A stretch of 64,000 bases of DNA. Source: Heptranchias perlo (taxonomy: Eukaryota). The stretch spans positions 73,904,001 to 73,968,000 of the forward strand of contig NC_090334.1 in the NCBI RefSeq assembly GCF_035084215.1, in the 5' to 3' direction. A program made the position numbers and the translations under genes. This document shows positions 1 through 13,605 of this stretch, piece after piece (the stretch's first letter is position 1; each line of letters begins with the position of its first letter). A model generated the notes under the pieces. The model searched no databases. It saw nothing but the letters and a program-made list of their open reading frames with translations, and had not been told where the DNA came from.

Positions 1-719
1 TGAAGGGCCTGTTTCCATGTTGTAAACTTCTATGATTCTATGATTCTACGATTCTATGCTCTGTTGAAGAAGATTCTTCTAACTTCCCCCCCCCTCCCTC
101 ATCTAGTGATAACCCTCAGTGATTGACCCATTGTTACTGATTTGTCAACCATTGGAAATAATCCCTATTTACTCTCATAAAAACCTATCATAATTTTCAA
201 AACCTCTATTGGATCCCTATCTTAACCTTCTCCATTCTGGTGAAAACCCTAATTTTGTTTGAGTAGAAAGAGCTATAACCTGCATGCACTGTCCTGTACC
301 AGGCCTGGGAGAGGCGCTGGGCACCTGAGACGGGGAAGTCTTCTGTTTCCCAAGGGCTAATGTTGCCCCTTGGTGAGCACGGAAATAAAAAGTGACAGCC
401 AAAAAAAAGAAAAAAGGTTTAGTCGGAGGCTCAGGGAACACCATCTTCCAAAGATGGATGTGTCCGAACCCCTTCGCCAATGGGGCATTCCACATGAAAT
501 GATCAATAAGGAGTTGCCAGTGGATACCAAGGCTGTGACATCATCAGAATACCACTCATGGAATAAGCCTCTCACAATTAGTCACTTGAAATAAACTTGT
601 GGTTGATCAAAAAACCCTTCCCACAGCTACGATCACTTACTGAACATAAAAATAACACTTGCAATTATAGAGCGCTTTATTACATCAAAACATCTCAAAG
701 TGCATCCCATAATGAATTA

Positions 720-1020
720 GATGAATTAGATAAATATAAGATAGTCACTAATAAATCCATTAAGGAATTCAGGAGAAACCTCTTTACCCAGAGAGTGGTT
801 AGAATGTGGATCCTCGCTACCACAAGGAGTAGTTGAGGCAAATAGGAGAGATGCATTTAAGGGGAAGCCAGATAAACACATGAGGGAGAAAGGAATAGAA
901 GGATATGCTGATAGGGTGAGATGAAGTAGGGAGGGAGGAGGCTTGTGTGGAGCATAAACACCGGCATGGACCTGTTGGGCCGAAAGGCTGGTTTCTGTGC
1001 TGTAAATTCTATGTAATTCT
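720..1020 (+). mobile_element. CR1 LINE 3' fragment
   Basis: RRNLFTQRVVRMW peptide plus CR1 3'UTR ending in attctatgt repeats. Confidence 0.8.
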
Positions 1021-1217
1021 GTGTAAAGTGCAATGACTGTTGTTAAGAAGGTGAGCTTGATGTTCTTCATGCTGTTATAGGCGAATTAGGCCCAATTTTC
1101 CAACAATGGGTTGTGTTGATCCCGAGCACATTGTTCATCAGAACATCAGGCGCGATGCTAATCAGGTCAGGGGCTGGACTTTGCAACTCATGCCCACTGG
1201 CGGTAAGGGTGAGGGTC

Positions 1218-1665
1218 GGTGTCAACCGTGGCTCAGTGGGTAGCACTTCTCGCTTCTGAGTCAGAAGGTCTTGGATTGAAGTCCCACTCTAGGGGCTCGA
1301 GTGTAAAATCTATGCTGACACTCCAGTGCAGTATGGAGGGAGTGCTGCCCTGTCAGAGGTGCTGCCTTTCGGATGAGACGTTAAACCGAGGCTCTGTCTG
1401 CCCTTTCAGGTGGATGTAAAAGATCCTATCAAAGAAGAGCAGGGGAGCTGTCCCTGGTGTCCTGGTCAATATTTATCCCTCAAACGACATCACTAAAACA
1501 GATTATATGATCATTTATCTCATTGCTGTTTGTGCAATCTTGTTGTGCGCAAATTGGCTGTTGTGTTTCCTACATTATAACAGTGACTACACTTCAAAAA
1601 AGTACTTAATTGGCTGTAAAACGCTTTGGGACATCCTGAGGCTATGGAAGGTGCCATATAAATGC
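1218..1665 (+). mobile_element. tRNA-headed DeuSINE (SacSINE1-like), full length
   Basis: A/B-box head (gtggctcagtgggtagc...gattgaagtccc), Deu core (ctttcggatgagacgttaaaccgagg...gtgtcctggtcaatatttatccctc) and L2-like tail (ctttgggacatcctgagg...tataaatgc). Confidence 0.85.
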
Positions 1666-2509
1666 TGGTGTTTCTGTATAGCGGGCAGAGCAGCGGAAAA
1701 TGTGGGCCACCGAGTGAGGCTCCAGAACCTTGAGTAAGGTAGTAGGGCAGACAGCTAAATGCAATCCGGAGAGAGAAGCTATCCACGGGTGTTAATCTTC
1801 ATGAAGTGTGGATGGAACCCTGCCCCTGTACCATGGCAACTGACCTCCATGGGCAACATTGTGCAAGCACTGCACGACTCCTGCAGTCTTCACCTCGTAT
1901 TACTTGAGTCGGAAGAACGAATGTCAGAGGGGACTCCACTGGGATTCAAAACCCAGAGGGCTTCTATCCTGAGCCACCCAACCTGGGAAGAGTGAACAAG
2001 GGATTGAGGGATAGAATGAGGAGCTGGTCAGGTGGGGTTGATGTGTCAGAAAGGAACAGGCTTAATGGCCATTTGCTGTTCCTAAACATTCCCAAGTTCC
2101 AGGAGGAGACGCACTCCCTTTGAGATCTGCATTCTATCAGAGCAACGTTCGGTGTGACCTATCACAGAAGTTCGACATCAAATCTGTACCGACACTCGAT
2201 GGTGCCACCAAATGCAAATGGAGAGAAGATCAATTTTCATTGCCTTCATCCATCTTTGGAGCAAATAAACATGCAAACTACTTACAGTCGGAAAGTGGCA
2301 ATTCCCATTAATTTTGTGCTCCATAAAGGGAAATTAGCTTCATTCAACTGGCCACATAGTCTTCACTGTTTCAAATGGAGATGTCTATATACTCAGGCCT
2401 TCCCTCCGTTCCTTAAAGACGGATGTTCTCAAAAAGTTTGCGAACAGACTGCAGTTGGTCTTGCCTCCCCATGTGCAACGCCACAGGAGATAGACTAGTG
2501 AAGGAAATA

Positions 2510-4165
2510 ATTTATATAGCGCCTTTCACGACCTCAGGACGTCCCAAGGCGCTTTACAGTCATTGAAGTAGTTTTGAAGTTGTTGTAATGTAGGAAACAC
2601 AGCAGACAATTTACACGCAACAAGGTCCCACAAACAGCAATGTGATAAGGACTGAATCTGTCTTAGTGATGTTGGCCAGGACACTGGGGAGAACTCCCCT
2701 GCTCTTCTTCAACATAGTGCCATAGGATCTTATACGTCCAACTGAGAGGACAGACAGGGCCTTGGTTTAATGTCTCATCCAAAAGAGGGCCTCTCCAACA
2801 GTGCAGCACTCCCTCAGTACTGACCCTCCGACGGTGCAGCACTCCCTCAGTACTGACCCTCCGACGGTGCAGCACTCCCTCAGTACTGACCCTCCGACGG
2901 TGCAGCACTCCCTCATTACTGACTCTCCGACGGTGCAGCACTCCCTCAGTACTGACCCTCCGATGGTGCAGCACTCCCTCAGTACTGACCCTCCGACGGT
3001 GCAGCACTCCCTCAGTACTGACCCTCCGACGGTGCAGCACTCCCTCATTACTGACTCTCCGACAGTGCAGCACTCCCTCAGTACTGACCCTCCGACGGTG
3101 CAGCACTCCCTCAGTACTGACCCTCCGACGGTGCAGCACTCCCTCAGTACTGACCCTCCGACGGTGCAGCACTCCCTCAGTACTGACCCTCCGACGGTGC
3201 AGCACTCCCTCAGTACTGACCCTCCGACGGTGCAGCACTCCCTCATTACTGACCCTCCGACGGTGCAGCACTCCCTCAGTACTGACCCTCCGACAGTGCA
3301 GCACTCCCTCAGTACTGCCCCTCCGACGGTGCAGCACTCCCTCAGTACTGCCCCTCCGACAGTGCAGCACTCCCTCAGTACTGCCCCTCCGACGGTGCAG
3401 CACTCCCTCAGTACTGACCCTCCGACGGTGCAGCACTCCCTCATTACTGACTCTCCGACGGTGCAGCACTCCCTCAGTACTGACCCTCCGACGGTGCAGC
3501 ACTCCCTCAGTACTGACCCTCCGACAGTGCAGCACTCCCTCAGTACTGACCCTCCGACAGTGCAGCACTCCCTCAGTACTGCCCCTCCGACGGTGCAGCA
3601 CTCCCTCAGTACTGCCCCTCCGACGGTGCAGCACTCCCTCAGTACTGCCCCTCCGACGGTGCAGCACTCCCTCAGTACTGACCCTCCGACGGTGCAGCAC
3701 TCCCTCATTACTGACTCTCCGACGGTGCAGCACTCCCTCATTACTGACCCTCCGACGGTGCAGCACTCCCTCAGTACTGACCCTCCGACGGTGCAGCACT
3801 CCCTCATTACTGACTCTCCGACGGTGCAGCACTCCCTCAGTACTGACCCTCCGACGGTGCAGCACTCCCTCAGTACTGACCCTCCGACGGTGCAGCACTC
3901 CCTCAGTACTGACCCTCCGACAGTGCAGCACTCCCTCAGTACTGACTCTCCGACAGTGCAGCACTCCCTCAGTACTGACCCTCCGACAGTGCAGCACTCC
4001 CTCAGTACTGACCCTCCGACGGTGCAGCACTCCCTCAGTACTGACCCTCCGACGGTGCAGCACTCCCTCAGTACTACATTGGAGTGTCACTCTAGATTAT
4101 GGGCTCAAGTCTCTGGAGTGGGACTTTAACCCACAAACTTCTACTCAGAGGCAAAAGTGCCACCC
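2510..4165 (-). mobile_element. SacSINE1-like SINE containing an expanded 33-bp minisatellite
   Basis: Tail at 2510 and head at ~4165. The internal segment is tandemly amplified. Confidence 0.85.
2797..4075. repeat. 33-bp minisatellite, about 39 copies
   Basis: Unit cggtgcagcactccctcagtactgaccctccga. It explains the 11-aa periodic ORFs (TVQHSLSTDPP; RRRVSTEGVLH). Confidence 0.97.
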
Positions 4166-4954
4166 ACTGAGCCACGGCTGACACCCTGTAAGGTGCATCG
4201 TTAAAAGCAAATTGTGAACTCCAGTTATCTCCCCCGTGTCATCAGGCCTCAGTGGAACCTTGCAGAGTAACATGGCTGCAGTCGTATTCTAAAGCAGGGC
4301 CTTGGTTTCCACGGTACCTCTGAGGAAAAGTAAACGACCAGTTGGCAGACATGCCACGTGGCCTCAGGAGGCACCCTGAGCTGGGGAGAGGTGGGGCAAC
4401 TTGATTTCTCTTTAACCGAGCAAAGGTCTCACCTTATCACTTGGCCTGCATGAGATGACGGGGGCCATAGGCGGTGAGCTGACCCAGATGTATCGCTCCT
4501 GCCACAAAAGACAAGGGGTTGGAACGTGTCGCCCTGGCAAAGGTGCTTGTGCATTCAGGCTCTGCTGCAGAAAATCAATAACTGCCCGACAGCATCCTCT
4601 TTGCTGGCTCTGTAATTATCGTGTGTTTGCATTTTATATTCACTCACCGTTCCCTTCACAAAGAGCTCTACAGACCTTTGAGAAAGCTTCCATATTGACA
4701 TAGCAGTGGCTGACTGCTTACATCTAGTGCTAACAAATCTATCACCGAGCTTCTCTTGCTAATTCAGTTGCCGTCATCTCATTTAAAGGAGCACTGCTTC
4801 CTCGTTTGGAAGGGCAATATTCTGTGTCAGTTTTCACCGCACCCCCCCCCCCAGCCCCTCCCCCCCCACCCCCTCGGTATGCGGTTTCTCCAATGGTGAT
4901 GGCCCCCTTCAAACAGGCTGCAATGGGAAGATTTGCAAATGGAGAACTCCTAAT

Positions 4955-5155
4955 CCCAACCATCATCACGAAAACAGATTCCCTGGTCACTATCATATTG
5001 CTGTTTGTGGGGCCTTGCTGTGTGAACATCGGCTGCCGTGTTTCCTACATTACACAACAGTGACTGCACTTTCAAAAGTACTTTAATTGGCTGCGAAGAG
5101 CTTTGGGATGTCCTGTGGTCGTGAAAGGTGTTGCATAAATGCAATTCTTTCTTTC
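4955..5155 (+). mobile_element. SacSINE1-like SINE 3' part
   Basis: Deu core end plus tail, similar to 1480-1665. Confidence 0.75.
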
Positions 5156-5433
5156 TTAGGTATCTGTTTATCAGAATTCCACCGTCGTAATTCCAATGCA
5201 ATTGAGAGGGGGAAAGGGAGGAGCGCAACCACAAATACAAACGGTCGCTTCAAACTACAAATGCATGTATAGTTAGATCACGGTCTGGTTTTCATCATCA
5301 ACAAAGCAACCTGTACCTCACGGTGCCCACCGGTCACAGAAGTCCTCAAGCAACATGTGGACACTGCGGAATCTCTTCTCAGGGTCACATGAGTGTGCAC
5401 AAGACTGCAAAATAGAGGCAAGCAGTCAGTCAT

Positions 5434-5650
5434 CAACAACAACTTGCATTTATATAGCACCTTTAACGTAGTAGAATGACCCAAGGCGCTTCATAGGAGC
5501 GTTATCAAACAAAAATTGACGCCGAGCCACATAAGGAGATATTAGGACAGGTGACCAAAAGCTCGGTCAAAGAGGTAGGTTTTAAGGAACGTCTTAAAGG
5601 AGGAGAGAGAGGTAGAGAGGCGGAGAGGTTTAGGGAGGGAATGCCAGATA
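5434..5650 (-). mobile_element. L2 LINE 3' end; other copies at ~24307-24535(-), ~30568-30705(-), ~31885-32196(+), ~50515-50900(-)
   Basis: (aac)n-ttgcatttatatagc...ccaaggcgcttc tail and SLSSFKTxLKTYLF C-terminal peptide. The 3' tail is shared with the SINE. Confidence 0.75.
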
Positions 5651-6165
5651 GAGCCCACAGACTGAAACTGTAAAATCATGTACAAAGCCACAATTCGCCC
5701 TCCTTCAAACACAAACAGCAATTTACGGGCTAACACCCCATTTAATCAATAAACTCAGGACAACGTGTAAATCTGATGAACCCCAGGACCCATTGGGATC
5801 TAGTATTTTTTGATTAGAGAGATAACCTGCTTCCATGCGTCCCACTTCTTGAACATGTCCATTGCCCCAGTGCAAATGGTAAATGCGGGTCCACGGCAGA
5901 CATTTCCCCCTGGGGAGAGAGTCTGTGGCTTTGGCCGGACTGAGGGATCCACCCCGTGCTGCTCTCAGGCAACTGTCTGCACTAAGGCAGGCGGAGGAGG
6001 GGGGAGAGCAGCCATCTTAACTAAGGGACGATGCAGGAAGAACTAAAGAGGGAGAGAATAGCATTACAAAGAGCAAAAGAAGTGCCCTTGAAAAGCGGCC
6101 CATTCCGTTAGGTAAGGGTATCAAGAGCTAAGGTGGGTAAATGAAGTTGAGGTACAGATCAGCCA

Positions 6166-6428
6166 TAGTGTTGCCAACTCTGGTTGGACGTATTCCTGAA
6201 GGTTTCACCACATGACCTCCCTCCTTCAACCGCCCCGCCTTTTTTACCCCATCTCCAACATCTTGATAACTAAGAAACAAAAGTGTTCAAAGGAAATGAA
6301 TGAAACACAATTTTTGAAAATGCCCCTGTGTTTTTCTTCTCCCGGGTGTTGCTCACAGCAGTGCCCTGGAGATTAATCTTTAACTCCTGGAGACTCCAGG
6401 GCAAAATCCTGGCGGGTTGGCAACCCTA
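6166..6428. mobile_element. hAT-type MITE (263 bp) inserted in a CR1 3'UTR
   Basis: Terminal inverted repeats (TIRs) tagtgttgccaac / gttggcaacccta. 8-bp TSD atcagcca at 6158-6165 and 6429-6436. The CR1 tail resumes after it. Confidence 0.85.
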
Positions 6429-8584
6429 ATCAGCCATGATCTCATTGAATGGCGGAGCAGGCTCGAGGGGCTGAATGGCCTACTCCTGTTCCAATGTTTA
6501 CACTGAGACTGAAAGGTACAGCTGATTGCTTTCGAAAGAGGGTAAGATTCTCTTGCCCGTCGCATTCAGTCTGTGCACATCTTGTGTTCGCTGTCTGTCA
6601 GTTTTGACCCTTGCTGGTACAATAACCGATTCATCAAGGAGCAATATGCTGGCTGGAAATGACCCACTCATCCAAGGTGGCATAGCAGGCTAAATACTGG
6701 GCAGAGGTTATAGGCAGGGGACGTGCAGGATCCTGCTCCACATCACCTACCGGGGCACTGTGTAACAGAGTTTTGCTCTCCCCCGGTGGACAGCTCACTT
6801 ATTGCCCATTGACAAACGGACCATCAGCACTGGGAGCTGCTCGTTTACAATCTCTTCCAGCCTTTTTCCCAAAAAAAACAGTGCAATGAAATCTCAGAAT
6901 CAGATCCAAACTATGGGCAGGAATTCCTCTGATCCGCCTTACATGTAGCGACATTCATGTATGTTCTACCTGTTTAGAATTTCACTCGAGATACCGAACA
7001 GAAGTAATCTTCACAAACACACTTACAGGGGCAGTATGCACGGTGAGCATAGGGATACTTAACCCTCTATAGGGTTTTTAATTCTTCAGGGTAAGATAGG
7101 TAAGAATCAGCTGAGACTGAAGCACTTAAGAATGGTTTTAAACACTCTAAATGATTTATTGACATTAAGACTCGACAGTTTTCCAGATAAAGATGTCATA
7201 CAAGCTTATTCCGGGGAATGCAACTCGAAACTCGGTGTGATCGATTCGCCTGTTCCGGGAGACTGAGGGGTTCATTCTGCGTCAACATCCTCTTTAAAAA
7301 TCACTGCAAAATGGCTGTTTTTTACATCCCTTTTGTTACTGCAGAACAGACTGCCAGTAGATTTCCTCTCTCTCGCTTTTCATGGTTTGAGAAGGCAGCT
7401 GTCTTTGTTACGCTCTGCTTATCGCGTTATTAACTAATGACCTTCAAAGGTACAGCAAATTTTTCTCTCTCAGAATAGTCTGTGCAACAATAGTGACCAC
7501 GAAACCTTTCAAACTTGGCCAAGGTTCCCAGCATGCCTTCTGATTTCAGTCAACTTCCGCTGTCCTTTGCTCCAGTGGTGTTTCGATACAAACGATCCGT
7601 TCCCCGGTAGGCTATCGATCCCAAGCCAGCCCGCCTGCAATTTCATCTCAGTTGTGATTGACTGCACATCAGTTATCCTCCATCTTCTGTTCACACTATA
7701 ATCCATCAATTTACACAGGCAGACTGAGTCCCTTACGAACCAAAACCCTGATCGTTATTCTCGGCCGTGAATGAGTTAATGTAGCTCCAGTTTCACAATT
7801 GTCCCTGAATCACGGTAAATCACTTACTAGAGAATTCGTGGGATGCCTGCCATGTTTTCCCATCACTTCAAAAACTGGAAGATAAAACAGCATCTGACCA
7901 CAGGCTAAACTACTTTGTCAGATTTATTTACAGGTGAAGGAATATATAAAAGCATAAAGACACAGCAAGGCACTGAACAGTGCAAAACCTAAATGATAGT
8001 TACAATCAGTCCACAAGGAGTTAATAATAAACACCAACAGTGTTGTCAGTCTGCCCCCGCTTATTTATCCAGTCTGCCTGTTTTGGGGCTAGTACCAGTG
8101 CCATGGTAGATCCAATGGTCTCCAGAAGCCTGGTCCTGGATGCAATCCAAATAATGCGAAATAAAGAGCTTTCGTTTATACAGCTCATTAGCACATCCGC
8201 AGGGCATCCCAAAGCACTTCACAACCAACTAATGCCTTCTTCAGTTGTTGTTGTGTGGACAAACATTCAAATTATGCACAGCAAGATCCCACGAACAGCA
8301 TATGAGATAAATGGTCAGTCAATCTATATTTTTGGCGGTGTTGGTTGAGGGAGGATACCCCGAATGCTCTGCTTCATTTGGACATCTTTTAATCGGGGCC
8401 ACTGAGGCTGCTTATATTACTTTTTCCAAATCTTCTCCCGTCCTCTCTCGAAAGGTTATGACTTGTACTGGGCATGGCTCTATTGGCAAGTGGCCATTCA
8501 TGCAAGAGCCTAGACAAGGAATGTTGAGAGGTTATTCACATTTGGGTGGGGGGGAGAGGAGGGAGGCATCAAAGCTGAGTCCAA

Positions 8585-8875
8585 ACCTTTTAAGATAATC
8601 GGCAAAAGGACCAGAGGGGAGGGGAGGTGAGAAGAATTTTTTTTACGCAGCGAGTTGTTACGATCGGGAATGTGCTGCCTGAAAGGGTGGTGGAAGCAGA
8701 TTCAATAGTAACTTTCAAAAGGGAATTGGATAAATACTTGAAAAGTAAAAATCTGCAGGGGCTACGGGGAAAGAGAAGGAGAGTGGGACTAATTGGACAG
8801 CTCTTTCAAAGAGCCGGCACAGTCATGATGGGCCGAATGGCCTCCTTCTGTGCTGTAAGATTCCTATGATTCCAT
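8585..8875 (+). mobile_element. CR1 LINE 3' fragment
   Basis: RRIFFTQRVV...FKRELDKYL plus gggccgaatggcctccttctgtgctgt tail. Confidence 0.82.
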
Positions 8876-10502
8876 GAAATGAACTTTGTTGATGCAGAAC
8901 CCAACACGACCACAAAGGGGCACCCTCTGTCCAGCAGATTGCTGGAGTTTCACCAGTCCTGGGCTTGAAAATCAAGCCATTTGTTTTGGTTTCGTTCGTG
9001 CCATTTGCAACATTATGTTTTCATACAGCTACCATAGCAATCCATCCTTTCAAAGGAAAAGCAATCACATCCTGAATTTTGTAAATCAAAGTAAAATGGT
9101 TGCGCATCCTGTGGAAATGATGAATGCAGATGAAATGAAAAGAAAGGTGATGGGCAGTGCTGAGAAATTCGACTCAACGGTATTCAGAACAGAGAGAGAA
9201 AAAAAGAATCATTAAAAGGGAATGTCAGATGGGAGGAATGATCTTTTTGGCGCAAAGGCAGATTTAGTCCAGCGGATTATTAAACTGCCGGTACAGGCAC
9301 GGTGGGCCAAATGGCCTCCTTCTGTGCTGTATTATACTATGGTGGGTTTCTTAAGAAAATTGTTTTTCAGAAGGAAAAGAATTTTACACACACTGACAAA
9401 TGGGTTTAAAGCACGGGGGGGGAGGGGGTTTCAAGCTTTTTATGCAGGGAACTCCCTGCAAAAATTCACACACTCCCAGTCCCCTCCTTGTGTGTAATAA
9501 CGCATTCCCATGGACCCCCTGCAAATGTTGACACACTCCACCCACCCCCCCCCCCCCACAAAAACATTAACACAGTCCCAGGGAACTCCTGCACGTGACG
9601 TCTGATCACATGACACTTGCCCACAGTTTGCAAATGTGATTGTAAAGATTGGGTCCCCTGTGGTCGAGTGGCTTGGCTTGGTGGTTTTGTGCCAGCTCGT
9701 TGTCGTGCGAGAAGCTCTGGGAACAGGACGGCCGCTCGCGAGCAGACGCAGAAAGTACACAGGTGCCAAACCAAACCACAGGCGCGAAGCTCCAAAGTAA
9801 TGAGGTCCTGGGCAAGAATTAGTTAGAGCAGGAGACGTGGCGACAACCCTTGCTCTCAGCACGGGGAGGTTGCAAACAGGAGGGAGAGCGTGTGTACATG
9901 TATGTGGAATTCAGAAGGAACAGGAAAGTTGAGGAGACCATGACAGCATCGATGCAATCTGAAGGTAGGAACTGATGTGATGGAGAATGCGGGGGTGGGG
10001 GGTGGTGGGGTGGGGGGTCAGAGGTGAGACGGAGACGGAGACATTATGGATCCAGTCCGGGAGTGTATCAGAGGTGTTAGCATTGGTAGAGTCGAGAACT
10101 TTTGAGGCGGACTGTTTGAATTGTTTGGTATGAAGAGAGATGGCGAGTTACCGGGGTGGTGCCGCCGAGGGGCAACTTCAGCAACGTAGGTCATGGGAGT
10201 GATGTGTGGGCGGTGGTTTATGAGTTTTGGACCATTTAGAGTTTATGTCGTTGGGCAAGACCTTTCTTTATTTGCATTTGTGACTGTGACCTTTACCCTG
10301 CTGCTCCATGATCAGTCAGCAAGAGCAGGAGGAGCCAGAGAGTGTTGTCTCCCACGCCCGAGTTATGGCCATTCACTCGTTCATAGTTCTCCACTGAATG
10401 GCTCTGCTACGAACTGATGTTTAACATACATCCAAGATCGAGCTCTTCTCCCTTAACAACTGACTCATCCATTGATTCAAAGAGACTCCATCATCCAGAT
10501 AT

Positions 10503-10710
10503 AACACACACACACACCTGCGCACAAACACATACACACGTTTACACACATATACACTATCTAGACACAACACATACATACACAACTGTGCACAGACAAG
10601 TACACACATATACAGTACCTAGATATCACAAACACAGAACATGTATAAATAAAGACACACATATACACACAAATGGAACACATAGCTAAGCAGACACACA
10701 CACATATAAC
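10503..10710. repeat. Degenerate CA-rich microsatellite
   Basis: (ca)n/(cata)n tract. Confidence 0.85.
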
Positions 10711-10786
10711 ACATCAGAACCTTGAAGGTAGAACTACACTATGGTCATGGTTACTGATGGATAACCACTACTGCTAATTGTATCCA

Positions 10787-11895
10787 TAGAGTCATAGAAT
10801 GATACAGCACAGAAGGTCATTCAGCCCATTGTGCCTGTGCTGGCTCTTTGGTAGAGCTATCCAATTAGTCCCACTCCCCTGCTCTTTCCCCATAGCCGTG
10901 CAAAATTTTCTCCTTCAAGTATTTATCCAATTTCCTTTTGAAAGTTATTATTGAATCTGCTTCCACCAGCCTTTCAGGCAGTGCATTCCAGATCATTACA
11001 ACTTTTTTTCCTCGTGTTGCCTCTGGTTCTTTTGCCAATTACCTTAAATCTGTGTCTTCTGGTTACTGACCCTTCTGCCACTGGAAACAGTTTCTCCTTA
11101 TTTACTCTATCAAAACCTTTCAAGATTTTGAACACCTCTATCAAATCAGAACAACCCCAGCTTCTCTCTGAAGTCTTGCATCCCTGGTACCATTCTAGTA
11201 AACCTCTTCTGTACTGTCTCTAAGGCCTTGACATCGTTCCTAAAGTGTGGTGGCCCAGAATTGGCCACAATAGTCCAGCTGGGGCCTAACCAGTGTTTTA
11301 TAAAGGTTTAGCATAACTTCCTTGCTTTTGTACTCTACGCCTCTATTTATAAAGCCCAGGATCCCGTATGCCTTTTTAACAGCCTTCTCAACTCGTCCTG
11401 CAACTTTCAAAGATTTGTGTGCGTACACCCCCAGGTCTCTGTTCTTGCACCCCCTTTAAAATTGTACCATTTAGTTTATATTGCCTCACCTCATTCTTCC
11501 TACCAAAATGAATCACTTCGCACTTCTCTGTGTTAAATTTCATCTGCCATGTGTCTGCCCATTTCACCAGTCCGTCTATGTCCTCCTGAAGTCTATTACT
11601 ATCCTCCTCACTGTTTACTACATTTCCGAGTTTTTGGTCATCTGAAAACTTTGAAATTATGCCCTCTCTACCCAAGTCCAGGTTATTAATATTTGTCAAA
11701 AAGAGCAGTGGTCCCAACGCCGACCCCTGGGGGACACCACTGCACACTTCCCTCCAGTCTGAAAAACAACCGTTCACCGCTACTCCCTGCTTTCTGTCCC
11801 TCAGCCAATTTTGTATCCACTCAACCCCTTTAATCCCAAGAGCTTCAATTTTGCGAACAAGTCTATTATATGGTACTTTATCAAACGCCTATTGT
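10787..11895 (-). mobile_element. CR1 LINE, 5'-truncated RT region
   Basis: SGVPQGSALGPLLF...KFSDD...LYKTLVRPQLDYC in ORFs 11388..11777 and 11240..11428; catagaat tail. Confidence 0.9.
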
Positions 11896-12026
11896 AAGTC
11901 AAGTTGGTAGGGTTGGCTGATAGATAAAAATATCCAATTCAATCTGTGGCTTTCTGATCTCTTTTTACAAGATCCTTGTTGCCAAAATTCTTGATCAGCA
12001 AGGCCAACACTGCCCATATTGGAACA

Positions 12027-12172
12027 ATTGTAAACAATTTTACAACACCAAGTTATAGTCCAACAAATTTACGGAGGCTTGTGGAATTTAAAATAAATTT
12101 GTTGGACTATAACTTGGTGTTGTAAAATTGTTTACAATTGTCAACCCCAGTCCATCACCGGCATCTCCACAT
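12027..12172 (+). mobile_element. Minimal hairpin Penelope derivative (ribozyme core deleted)
   Basis: Same inverted termini and tail. TSD catattggaaca at 12015-12026 and 12173-12184. Confidence 0.85.
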
Positions 12173-13147
12173 CATATTGGAACAGGTAGGAGGTGGTGTC
12201 AGAGAGTGTTTGAGTGGAGGGGCTGAAACTGTTAAAGAAGTGGCTAAAGGCACTGTCCTGCTTTATGGGATTATAGTTTGCTATAGTGTCGCTTAAGGGT
12301 TTTTTGAGAACTTATTCAATAATTATGTTGTTATTTCAATAGTGGTTCAGTTTACCTCAGAGCAAAATAGATCAGTTCATATAAAAGTGTTTTTGTGTGA
12401 ACTCATTCAAAGCAAAGATGAATGAGCAATAGCAGCGATGGAGTGAGAGGTGGACAACTTCATCAGACGAATGCATTGTGCCCGTCATCTTTATTGTTAC
12501 CACAACTGTAAGTCCATCACAGCTCAGTAATAAAAGTAGAAATGGCCATTTGTCAATGGGAACAGAGAGCTTTGTAGGACCTGCAATCGGTTTTAGAAAC
12601 GGGGTTTGAAGTGAGCATTTGCCTGGTCACTGACTTAAATGGAACAAGTAGTCAATTGGGAAATCAGCAGCTCTTATAGCCCATGGGCTGAGGTGTGATC
12701 CATGAGACGGAGAAGAATTCAGAGCTCAGAGTCCTTCAGTGACTCCCTCTATTTATAGAAGAGCTGGGACGGCCACAGCCTCTGCAGAGTGTGAGCAGGA
12801 GATTTAACTCAGTGTTTCTTAATAAATAATTAATTAGCCTTTTTTTTTGTTTAATGAGTGGTGGGGAACAGTGTTGGGTTTAGAACATTGCTTTCATTCT
12901 TGTTATATAATCATAGAATCATAGAAAGTTACGGCACAGAAGGAGGCCATTCGGCCCATCATGTCCGTGCCGGCTGAAAAAGAGCTATCCAGCTTAATCC
13001 CACAGGCTCAAATCCTTGAATTTAGATATATCACCTTTTGAAGGGCGGTGACTGCTGGTGTGTGAAAGGTTGTTGGGACCATGGGAGTTTTAACTGCGGA
13101 ATGCAACTGGCCTAGGTTGAACGGGGCTGATTATTTTTGTTGAATTG

Positions 13148-13605
13148 ATAGGAGCAGGAGTAGGCCATTCAGCCCCTCGAGCCTGTTCTGCTGTTCAATT
13201 AGATCATGGCTGATCTGTGTCTTAACTCCACCCACCCGCCTTGGTTCCATAACCCGTAATACTCTTTGCCTAACAAAAATCTATCAATCTCAGTATAGAA
13301 ATTTTCAATTGACCCCCAGTCTCAACAGCTTTTTGGGGGAGAGAGTTCCAGATTTCCTTTGTGTGAAGAAGCACTTCCTGACATCACCCCTGAACAGCCT
13401 AGCTCTAATTTTATGCCTCCTTGTTCTGGATTTCCCCCCACCTGAGGAAATAGGGCAGATAGAGAGAAACTATCAATTCCTTTAATCATCTTAAATACAT
13501 CAATTAGATCACCCCTTAATCTTCCAAACTTGAGGGAATACAAAGCCTAGTCTATGCAGCCTGTCCTCGAAATTGGACTCTTTTAGCCCTGGTATCATTC
13601 TGGAG
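13148..13605 (-). mobile_element. CR1 LINE 3' fragment
   Basis: YSLKFGRLRGDLIDVFK plus ggagcaggagtaggccattcagcccctcgagcc tail. Confidence 0.85.

Noticed and set aside
1218-1295. tRNA gene
   Set aside because: The A/B boxes belong to the SINE head and continue into the Deu core.
2663-4129. Long ORFs of 346-475 aa; superficially CRISPR-like periodicity
   Set aside because: Pure 33-bp tandem repeat from a SINE with no unique spacers. The ORFs arise from a stop-free unit.
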